From an uncultured Acidobacteriota bacterium (lineage in GTDB: Bacteria > Acidobacteriota > Vicinamibacteria > Vicinamibacterales > UBA2999): DNA of 64,000 nt. The position numbers were made by a program, and so were the translations under genes. The notes beneath the pieces were generated by a model that did not search any database, had not been told where the DNA came from, and saw only the letters and a program-made list of their open reading frames with translations. Each line of letters begins with the position of its first letter. Position 1 is the first letter of the stretch. Of the stretch, positions 36,887-45,061 are shown one piece after another. Where the stretch lies: assembly GCA_963814955.1 (NCBI GenBank), contig CAWFEX010000013.1, forward strand, positions 245,921 to 309,920. Reading direction: 5' to 3'.

Positions 36887-38623
36887 TCAATCGGCGACGA
36901 ATTTTCGCGGCGCATATTTGTCGTGGCGGCGCAACATTCCAACCAGCTCGTCGCCGGGGATGGGCCGACTGAAATAGGTCCCCTGCGCGCGGTCGCAGCG
37001 CTGCTCCCGCAAGAAGGCGAGCTGCGCGGCGGTTTCAACGCCTTCGGCCGTGACACTGAGCCCCAGCGCGTGACCCATGCGTATGATCGCTGCAACCAGC
37101 GCCTGATTGGTCTGGTCCGTCGCACAGTTTCGGACGAACGAGCGATCGATCTTCAGCGCGTGCAGAGGAAAGCGCTTCATCAGACCGAGGCACGAGTATC
37201 CGGTTCCGAAGTCGTCTACAGCGACCTGAATCCCGAGACGACGAAATTCCTTGAGGTGGCGCAGCACGCGTTTCGGGTGATGCATCAGTCCCCGCTCGGT
37301 GAGTTCGAGCTCGAGCAGGCGCGGATCGTAACCCACAGCGCGCGTAATATCCCGCAGCTCGTTCAGCAGATCAGGATGATCGAAATGTCTGCTCGACAGG
37401 TTGACGGCGAGCTTCAGCGCCTGGCCACGCTCGTGGACGAGGGCTTCGGTCATTGCCGACTGCAGGACCCATCGCTCGATGGACAGAATGAGCCCGGTCT
37501 CCTCCGCGATCGGGATGAAATCCGCGGGTCGAACGAGGCCCATGCTGGGATGCTGCCAGCGCACCAGCGCCTCGAGACCATCGATCCGTCCGGTCTGGAG
37601 GTCCACGAGCGGCTGGAAATGCAGCAGCAGCTCACCGCGGTCGAGCGCGTGGCGAAGGTCGCTGGTGAACGCCAGCTTGGATGACGCCTCGCTTTGAACG
37701 CGCCCTGTATAGAAGCGATAGGTGTCTCGTCCTTCGGCCTTCGCCTGGTACATGGCCCGATCCGCATTTCGAAGCAGTCTCTGCGGGTCGGTCCCGTCAG
37801 TTGGATACGAGCTGACACCAATGCTGGCGGTGACGAAGAGCTCGCGACCGGACACCATGAAGGGCGCCTTCAGCGCGTGCTGCAGTTTTTCGGCTATCGG
37901 GAGCAGACCGGAACGGCGCTTGACCTCGACCACAGCGATGAATTCGTCGCCGCTGAGACGGGCGAGCGTGTCGTTGCTCCTCAGCGATCGGCGGAGACGT
38001 TCGCCCCACTGCCGCAGCACCTCATCGCCAGCATGGTGTCCAAGCGTGTCGTTGATCTGCTTGAAATGATCGATGTCCACGAAGAAAAGTCCTGCGACGA
38101 GCCCATCGCGATGAGCTCGTTTCAGCGCTGCATCGAGATGCTCCATCAACATCGTGCGATTCGGCAGCTGCGTGAGGCTGTCCCGGTACGCGAGGCGCTT
38201 GATCTGAAGCTCGGAGTGTTTGCGCTCGATCGCATATCTGATGCTCCGCGTGAGTACGTCGCCTGTCGTGTTGCCTTTCGGCAAATAGTCCTGGGCGCCG
38301 GCCTTGACGGCGCGGAGTGCGAGCGCCTCGTCTTCGGCGCCGCTCAGGATGACAACAGGAAGGTCAGGAACGACGGCGACAACCGTCGTGAGGGCATCAA
38401 GATCGGCGGCATCCGGGAGCCCGAGATCCAGTAATACGAGGTCGTAGACTTTCTCTGTGAGCCGTTCCACGGCGGCCCTGATCGAGGTGACGTGGTCGTA
38501 TTGGAAGTTGGCTGATGCGACGCTCATCAGAGTGGCGCCGATGAAGCCCGCATACCCCGCATCGTCCTCGACGAGCAGAAGGCGGAGGTCGACGTCCGTA
38601 TCCGCCATGACCCGTGCCGGCAT
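36887..38623 (-). CDS. response regulator with GGDEF and EAL domains
   Basis: AGGAGG upstream of ATG 38623. Receiver (LLLVEDD...LVLLDLGLPD), GGDEF site RLSGDEF, EAL site LEALVRW. Confidence 0.9.
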   Translation of the reverse strand: MPARVMADTDVDLRLLLVEDDAGYAGFIGATLMSVASANFQYDHVTSIRAAVERLTEKVYDLVLLDLGLPDAADLDALTTVVAVVPDLPVVILSGAEDEALALRAVKAGAQDYLPKGNTTGDVLTRSIRYAIERKHSELQIKRLAYRDSLTQLPNRTMLMEHLDAALKRAHRDGLVAGLFFVDIDHFKQINDTLGHHAGDEVLRQWGERLRRSLRSNDTLARLSGDEFIAVVEVKRRSGLLPIAEKLQHALKAPFMVSGRELFVTASIGVSSYPTDGTDPQRLLRNADRAMYQAKAEGRDTYRFYTGRVQSEASSKLAFTSDLRHALDRGELLLHFQPLVDLQTGRIDGLEALVRWQHPSMGLVRPADFIPIAEETGLILSIERWVLQSAMTEALVHERGQALKLAVNLSSRHFDHPDLLNELRDITRAVGYDPRLLELELTERGLMHHPKRVLRHLKEFRRLGIQVAVDDFGTGYSCLGLMKRFPLHALKIDRSFVRNCATDQTNQALVAAIIRMGHALGLSVTAEGVETAAQLAFLREQRCDRAQGTYFSRPIPGDELVGMLRRHDKYAPRKFVAD

Positions 38624-39025
38624 CGTGTCCTCCTGTTGACAGTGTATGTGCAACTGCGTGCAGCAACTGTCAGCAATTCAGACGGTTTTGAGGGGCAACC
38701 CGGTGAAGAGGCACGGTGCGTGCCATGGACACGAAAATCCCTCGATCGTGCGAAGAGTTGCGCATCGTCGCTTGTGGGTGGAAGCGTGCGGGCACACGCC
38801 GAGACGACGTGTCAACAGCGAGCGCTGACACCGGGGGGACAGGACGGTACACGAAGATACTCGAGCAGCCAGTGAAGGCTTCAGAGCGGATCGGACAGCT
38901 CGCGAAGTCTACCGGTGGCATGCACTCGTGCGCGCGGCGTGCCCGGTGCCCGGCCAATTCTGTGTATTGTCTGAGGGGTGGTATTGTATCGGCCGTCGAC
39001 CGATGAGTGCCCGACGGAGAATCGT

Positions 39026-39769
39026 ATGCGCCTGAGATCGCTCGCAGCAGCAGCCTTTATCGTATGGATGTCTACTCCTGCGTTTGCGCAGGAGTGGAGG
39101 GATTTTGCTTTCCAGCAGGATCGTTTCACCTGCAATTTTCCTGGTGACCCGAAGATCACGGACACCACCTTCATGTCGCAGTTCGGGCATCGTCTGCCTG
39201 CGCGGGTGTACAGCGTCGAACTGGCCCGGAATCACAAGTTTTCAGTGACGGTCGTCGACTACGGCAACATCACTCAACTGGGATTGGAAAAGCAGAAGTC
39301 CTGTCCCCCGGGCTCGGAGGCATGCCGTGGAGGATCTGGTGCTCCGGGAAATTCAACGGGGCCGGGTTACTCCAAAGCCGACAGGGCTGGAGCGATTACC
39401 TACGCCACCTGGTTGTTCATGCAGCGCGACGCGAAAGTGACCCATCTGCTCTGGACGAATATCAGTCTTGTCGAGGGGCACCAGATTCGCCTGTTGAACA
39501 ACGCGGACAAGTCGCTGACGGCTGCTTCCGTCTTCATGCACGAAGACAAGCTGTATATCGCCGAGGGCACCGTTCCGGAGGGGTATCCCGAACCCGGCCT
39601 GTTCTATCAGTCGCTCGGGTTCCTCGATGAGAACGGCAACGGCATCCGCTACGCGGACTTCTACCACAATGGATTCCCGAAGCCGCCGCTGCAGGGCGCG
39701 GGCCGGGGAGCCGGGCCTGCGGGAGGAGCCCAGGCGCCTGGCGGCCGCGGGCAGGGTCGCGGGAATTAA
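39026..39769 (+). CDS. secreted protein of unknown function (domain shared with the C-terminus of 62584..63969)
   Basis: Signal MRLRSLAAAAFIVWMSTPAFAQ. Blocks DRFTCNFPGDPKITDTTFMSQFGHRLPARVY, SCPPGSEACRG and ERDAKVTHLLWTNISLVEGHQIRLLNNADKSLTAASVFMHEDKLYI. Gly/Arg-rich tail. Confidence 0.65.
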   Translation: MRLRSLAAAAFIVWMSTPAFAQEWRDFAFQQDRFTCNFPGDPKITDTTFMSQFGHRLPARVYSVELARNHKFSVTVVDYGNITQLGLEKQKSCPPGSEACRGGSGAPGNSTGPGYSKADRAGAITYATWLFMQRDAKVTHLLWTNISLVEGHQIRLLNNADKSLTAASVFMHEDKLYIAEGTVPEGYPEPGLFYQSLGFLDENGNGIRYADFYHNGFPKPPLQGAGRGAGPAGGAQAPGGRGQGRGN

Positions 39770-39914
39770 AGGAGGCCGTCAAGGCCCGCCCCACGGTTAT
39801 GAAACCCCCGTGACGATGACTGTCACCGGCCTGTCGAAACCGTAACCTGCGGAAGTAGTCGATCACACATTATGCGCGGGCTGCAACGGGCACGAGGCTT
39901 GCCCGTCGCAGCGC

Positions 39915-40997
39915 ATGCCCAAGCGACATGCATGTGTTGCGCTCTGTCTGAGTGTCCTCGCAACGGCCGCCGTTCACGCCCAGTCCACGGTCGTCGAACT
40001 GAACGACGCCGGCTGGAAGATGCTCCAGAGTGGTGAAGGTGCGCGGGCAGGAAAGCTGTTTGCGGAAGCACTCGCTCTCAAACCGAACGATCCCGTCCTT
40101 CTGTTCGGTGCTGGAGCCGCCGCTCACCTCGACGGACGACCCAGGGACGCGATGGGGCGCCTGCAGCGGGCGCTGGAATTCAATCCGGGACTCACCGGAG
40201 CGTCGCTGCTGCTCGGCCAGATCGCGTACGCGGAAAACGACGTCGCAACCGCAATCGCCGTTTACGAGAAGGCGCTGAAGTACGCCCCCAATGATCGAGA
40301 CCTGGCCAGTCGCCTCGCGTCGTGGCGCAAGGAGGCCGACACACATCAGGGTTTCGATGAGCGCAGGCTGGATCGCTTCAGCGTCATGTTCCAGGGTCAC
40401 GCCGACGCGCCTCTGGCGCTTCGTGCAACAGAGGTGCTCAACTCATCCTTCTGGGAGATTGGACGGGCGCTCGGCGCTTTTCCACCCAACAACGTTGCGG
40501 TGATGCTCTATACGGACAGGCAGTTCCGGGACATCACGCAGGCGCCGGAGTGGGCCGGGGGCGTGTACGACGGCCGCATTCGGGTTCCCGCCGCCGGCGC
40601 GGCGCGGTCACCGGAGTCATTCGAACGCGTGCTCGTCCATGAACTGACGCACTCGATCATCGCGAATCTGGCGCCGCGAGGAATCCCGGTTTGGTTGCAC
40701 GAGGGTCTCGCACAGTACTTCGAGGGGGACGATCCGCAGGCGGCGCAGCGCCGCCTCAGAGCCACGGGCCGCACGATTCCGCTCCGAAGCCTCGAGGGAA
40801 GCTTCATGCGGCTCAGCGCGGCTGATGCGCAGATTGCTTACGACGAAAGCCTCGTCGCGGTTACTCACATCTTTCAACGCCCGGGGTTCAACTGGCCCAG
40901 CCTGTTTCGTGCGCTTGGCGAGAACGATCGGACCGAGCACACGTTCGATAACTTCGGATACCGGTACGCCGATTTGGAGGCTGAGTTCAGGCGGTAG
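39915..40997 (+). CDS. TPR-repeat protein with HExxH metallopeptidase-like C-terminal domain
   Basis: Signal peptide and TPR-like helices (aa 30-150). Contains LVHELTHSI...WLHEGLAQYFEG (peptidase-MA-like). Confidence 0.65.
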   Translation: MPKRHACVALCLSVLATAAVHAQSTVVELNDAGWKMLQSGEGARAGKLFAEALALKPNDPVLLFGAGAAAHLDGRPRDAMGRLQRALEFNPGLTGASLLLGQIAYAENDVATAIAVYEKALKYAPNDRDLASRLASWRKEADTHQGFDERRLDRFSVMFQGHADAPLALRATEVLNSSFWEIGRALGAFPPNNVAVMLYTDRQFRDITQAPEWAGGVYDGRIRVPAAGAARSPESFERVLVHELTHSIIANLAPRGIPVWLHEGLAQYFEGDDPQAAQRRLRATGRTIPLRSLEGSFMRLSAADAQIAYDESLVAVTHIFQRPGFNWPSLFRALGENDRTEHTFDNFGYRYADLEAEFRR

Positions 40998-41017
40998 CGG
41001 CGGTCTGGTCTGAAGCC

Positions 41018-42163
41018 TCAGTTACCCGACTCCCCGAGGGGCACGACCTGAATCGCCGCATCACGGACTTCCCCAAGAAACCGGTTTAGGGTAGACCCTT
41101 TGAGAAGAATCTCCCATCGCGACCGCGCGGTTTGGCCAAAAATCACGTGGGTGATCCCTTCGCGGTTGGCGAACGCAATGAGGCCATCGGCGGGCCGATC
41201 GGCCCTCACCCGCACGACGGTCGCGCCGAGTTCTTCTGCCAGCGCGATGTTGCGCTGAAGCGCGTCCCGATCGGCCGGCCTGATGTGTCCAGGCCGCTCG
41301 CGAGGTGTCTCGACATAGACGGCATACCAGCGGGCCCCGATGCGGCCGGCGATACGTGCTCCCGTGCGCAGAACCCTCGGAGCATCGGCGCTCGAGCTCA
41401 TGCAGACCATCACACGCTCGGGAATGAGCGCGGGCTCCAGCCCCTCCCGCTGGCGGCGTGACGCCGCCTTCTCTCCGATCTCGTCGGCCACGGCGCGCAG
41501 CGCGAGTTCGCGCAGCGTGGAAATGTTCGTCTCGCGAAAGAAGTTCGCCAGTGCCTGCTCGACCTTGTCGGGCGTGTAGACCTTTCCCTGCCGCAGGCGG
41601 CTGTGCAGCTCCTCAACGGTCACATCGACGTTGACGACTTCGTCCGCGCGGTCGAGAAACGTATCGGGCACGGTCTCGCGAACCCGTACGCCGGTCACGC
41701 GGCTGACCGCGTCGTTCAGTGTTTCGAGATGCTGAATGTTGACCGCGGTCATGACGCCAATACCCGCATCGAGCAGCTCCATTACATCCTGGTAGCGTTT
41801 GTCGTGCCGCCCACCCGGCGCATTGGTGTGGGCGAGTTCGTCGACTACGCACAATGCCGGCTTGCGCGCGAGGATCGCATCGAGGTCCATCTCCTGCAGC
41901 GTGACGCCGCGGTATTCCAATTGTCGCCGGGGAATGATTTCGAGATCGGCGATTCGAATTTCAGTGTCGGCGCGCCCGTGGGTCTCGACGAATCCGATCA
42001 CCACGTCTACGCCCTGACGGCGGAGCATGTGCGCGTCTTCGATCATCGAATAGGTTTTGCCAACACCGGGCGCGGCGCCGATGTAAATGCGCAGCCGGGC
42101 ATGCCGATTAGGGTGCAGTTGTGCCAGCAACTGGTCGCCGGTGGGGCGCGCCTCCTCTGACAC
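41018..42163 (-). CDS. kdpD: stand-alone KdpD N-terminal sensor domain + USP-like domain (no TM or kinase part)
   Basis: RLRIYIGAAPGVGKTYSMIEDAHMLRRQGVDVVIGFVETHGR... is colinear with the KdpD N-terminal domain and is followed by a USP-like fold. The ORF ends at 381 aa. Divergent from kdpF. Confidence 0.8.
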   Translation of the reverse strand: MSEEARPTGDQLLAQLHPNRHARLRIYIGAAPGVGKTYSMIEDAHMLRRQGVDVVIGFVETHGRADTEIRIADLEIIPRRQLEYRGVTLQEMDLDAILARKPALCVVDELAHTNAPGGRHDKRYQDVMELLDAGIGVMTAVNIQHLETLNDAVSRVTGVRVRETVPDTFLDRADEVVNVDVTVEELHSRLRQGKVYTPDKVEQALANFFRETNISTLRELALRAVADEIGEKAASRRQREGLEPALIPERVMVCMSSSADAPRVLRTGARIAGRIGARWYAVYVETPRERPGHIRPADRDALQRNIALAEELGATVVRVRADRPADGLIAFANREGITHVIFGQTARSRWEILLKGSTLNRFLGEVRDAAIQVVPLGESGN

Positions 42164-42268
42164 CTGGGCTCCATCCTAGCGCGCGCTATTCACCGGGAGT
42201 TGTGCCTTTACGAATTCTTTATGCCTTTTTGCCGATCCCTTTAGGGCCGGGACTCGTACGCTCAACTC

Positions 42269-42523
42269 GTGGACATCCCCGAGATGATTCCTTCCGTGGA
42301 ACTGAAAGGCACCCACGCAGACAAGGTAAAGACGCTCGACGTCGCCATTGCCAGACTCGATGAGCTGAGGACGGCCCTCGCCGGTCAACCCGTACCAGGC
42401 GCACCGCCCTACGAGTTGTACGGTCGCTACATCAATGCGCCTGTCTGGCCGTGGTTCGCCGCGGGGTGGGTGCTGGGCGCGCTGTTCGTGGTGCTGTTCG
42501 TAGTGGCGTGGAGCTACTCGTGA
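42269..42523 (+). CDS. small tail-anchored membrane protein upstream of kdpF
   Basis: 84-aa ORF (GTG 42269, or ATG 42284) with high GC3 and a C-terminal TM WPWFAAGWVLGALFVVLFVVAW. Confidence 0.45.
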   Translation: MDIPEMIPSVELKGTHADKVKTLDVAIARLDELRTALAGQPVPGAPPYELYGRYINAPVWPWFAAGWVLGALFVVLFVVAWSYS

Positions 42524-42558
42524 CGACTCAATTCGCTTCGATGGAAAGGTGAAACGTG

Positions 42559-42642
42559 ATGCTCGCATTGGGAATGGTGGTGCTCGGGCTCGCCGCGTTT
42601 GCGGCCATGTTCGGGTTCGTCAGACTCTGTGACCGCGTGTAG
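42559..42642 (+). CDS. 27-aa hydrophobic peptide directly upstream of kdpF
   Basis: MLALGMVVLGLAAFAAMFGFVRLCDRV. Its stop lies 8 nt before the kdpF ATG. Not in the ORF track. Confidence 0.35.
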   Translation: MLALGMVVLGLAAFAAMFGFVRLCDRV

Positions 42643-42650
42643 GTGACGCC

Positions 42651-42731
42651 ATGACGCTGCTGTCGTTGTTCTTGAGCGTTGCAGCCTTCGTCTACCTCGT
42701 CTACGCGATGCTCCGGCCGGAAAAGTTCTGA
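42651..42731 (+). CDS. kdpF: K+-transporting ATPase subunit F
   Basis: [26 protein letters not shown] carries the KdpF signature ...YL.YA(L/M)LRPE.F. The stop is 8 nt before kdpA. Not in the ORF track. Confidence 0.75.
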   Translation: MTLLSLFLSVAAFVYLVYAMLRPEKF

Positions 42732-42739
42732 GGCGTCTT

Positions 42740-44450
42740 ATGGGCACCGAATACATGGCCGTCGGCTTCACCATTCTGTTCACGGTTGCCACGAGCGCGC
42801 CGCTGGGCGGGTACATGTATCGAGTGTTCACGGGGCGCCGCACGCTGCTGGATCCGGTGCTCGGCCCCCTCGAACGCCTGGTTCTGCGCCTCACGGGCGT
42901 CGATCCGAACGAGCAGCAGGACTGGAAGCAGGTACTCAGTTTCACTGCTCGTCTCGAACGTGTTCATGTGGCTGGCGACGTGGACGATCGTCACGCTGCA
43001 GCACTACCTCCCCCTCAATCCTGACAGGATCGGCAACATGGAGCCGACCCTCGCGTTCAACACCATCTGGAGCTTCACCACCAACACGAACCTGCAGCAC
43101 TACAGCGGCGAGACCGGGCTCTCGTACTTCTCGCAGATGTTTACCGTTACGTTCCTGCAGTTCGTGACCGCCGCGACAGGCGTGGCGGCGGCTGTGGCGA
43201 CCATTCGCGGGCTGGCGGGAAATCGCCTCACGCAGCTCGGCAGCTTTTATGTCGATCTCACGCGTGCGACGGTTCGACTCTTTCTGCCGCTCGCGGTGCT
43301 CTTGTCCGTCTTGCTGATGTGGCAGGGGACGCCCATGACATTCGAAGGCGCGGCACGAGCGACAACTGTCGAGGGAGCGGAGCAGACGATCGCCCGAGGC
43401 GTGACCGCGGGTGTGGTGTCCATCAAGCAACTGGGTACGAATGGCGGCGGCTACTTCGGCCCGAATTCAGCTCATCCCTACGAGAATCCCACGCCGCTCT
43501 CGAACTTTATCGAGACCTGGTCGATCGCGATCATTCCGATGTCGATGGTGGTGATGCTCGGCTACATGACAGGGCGGGGCAAGCTGGCCGCCGTGATCTT
43601 TGCGACGATGCTCGCAGTGTATCTGCCGATGGTGGTCTTTGCCATCGCGCAGGAAGCGGGAGGGAATCCGGCGATTGCCGGTATGGGGGTCGACCAGTCT
43701 ACGGGCTCGATGGAAGGCAAGGAGGTTCGCTTCGGGGTCGGCCTGTCGGCGCTCTGGGGTGTGACGACCACCGTGACGTCGAACGGGTCGGTCAATTCCA
43801 TGCACGATTCGTGGACACCTCTGGGCGGGCTCATGCCACTCATCGGCATGTGGCTCAACAACATCTTCGGCGGGGTCGGCGTCGGCTTCATCAACATGCT
43901 GATCTTCGTCATCGTTGCGGTGTTCGTGGCGGGCATGATGATCGGTCGCACGCCTGAGTTCCTCGGAAAGAAGGTTGAAGCCAGAGAGATCAAGCTGGCG
44001 AGCCTCGCGCTCCTGTGGCACCCACTGTCGATTCTGGTCGGCACGGCCATCGCCTGCTACGTATGGGCCACAACGGCCGATCCGAATTCGGCGCTTGTGT
44101 GGCTCAAGAACCCGGGCCCACATGGGTTCTCGGAAATGCTCTACGAGTTTTCCTCCGCTACTGCCAACAATGGCTCGGGCTTCGAAGGGCTCGGCGACAA
44201 CACAGCTTTCTGGAATATCTCGACGGGCCTCGCGATGATCCTCGGCCGCTACATTCCCATAATCGCGCCCCTGGCACTGGCCGCGTCGCTCGCCGCGAAG
44301 CCGGCCGCGCCCGAAACGGCAGGATCGCTGCGGGCTGACAGCGCGACGTTCGGCGTGACGCTCTGGGCGGTCATCGTTATCCTCGGTCTGCTGATGTTCA
44401 TGCCCGTCGCGGTGCTGGGGCCAATTGCCGAACACCTGGCGCTGAGGTAG
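42740..44450 (+). pseudogene. kdpA: K+-transporting ATPase subunit A, single +1 frame break at about 42931
   Basis: The N-terminal 64 aa are in frame 2 (...[12 protein letters not shown]) and the rest is in frame 3 ([17 protein letters not shown]...NTNLQHYSGETGLSYFSQM...). Deleting one G of CAGGTAC restores the conserved WKQY. Confidence 0.8.
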
Positions 44451-44452
44451 CC

Positions 44453-45058
44453 ATGTTCAAGGAAATACGGCAAGGCGTTCTGTTCACCATCGTGATGATG
44501 GCGCTGCTCGGTGGGGCGTACCACGTCGTGCTGTGGGGCATCGGGAGCGTCGTCTTTCCGGAACAGACCGAAGGTAGTCTGATTCGTCGCAACGACGGCA
44601 CGATCGCCGGCTCGCGGCTGATCGCGCAGAAGTTCACGCAGCCGGAATACTTCCAGCCGCGGCCCTCGGCGGTCGATTACAACGGGGCGTCGACCGGCGG
44701 CAGCAACTACGGACCTTCCAATCCCGACCATGTGCAGGCTGTGCAGGAGCGCCTCTATGCGATCACGAAGCGGGAAGGCGTGACGGCCAGCGACGTTCCC
44801 TCGGAGATGGTGACGACGAGCGGGGCTGGCATGGATCCGCACATTCCTCCGGGCGCGGCGGCGCTGCAGGCCGCACGCGTGGCGATCAGCCGGAACGTGG
44901 ACGTCAGGCGGGTACGCGAGCTGGTCACCGCACATATCGAACCGCCGGCGCTCGGGTTCCTGGGTCGCTCCCGAGTCAACGTGCTGGAGCTGAACCTCGC
45001 GCTCGACGACCGGTTCGGCTCACCGGTGCGCCAGCCGGACCGCGACGAAGGACAGTAA
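44453..45058 (+). CDS. kdpC: K+-transporting ATPase subunit C
   Basis: Colinear with E. coli KdpC (GSLI...G...GS.LI.Q.F....YF..RPSA......ASGGSN.GPSNP...VNVLELNLALD). Confidence 0.85.
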   Translation: MFKEIRQGVLFTIVMMALLGGAYHVVLWGIGSVVFPEQTEGSLIRRNDGTIAGSRLIAQKFTQPEYFQPRPSAVDYNGASTGGSNYGPSNPDHVQAVQERLYAITKREGVTASDVPSEMVTTSGAGMDPHIPPGAAALQAARVAISRNVDVRRVRELVTAHIEPPALGFLGRSRVNVLELNLALDDRFGSPVRQPDRDEGQ

Positions 45059-45061
45059 GCC

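Noticed and set aside
42164-42650. Searched the kdp leader for a second c-di-AMP riboswitch
   Set aside because: None of the ydaO core segments (GCGGGGGA, CCGUCAGCUAACC) are present. The region instead carries small ORFs.
42929-42935. Programmed ribosomal frameshifting as the explanation for the frame breaks (kdpA, kup and others)
   Set aside because: There is no slippery heptamer or downstream structure at the junctions. These gene families are not known to use recoding. Indel error or pseudogenisation is simpler.
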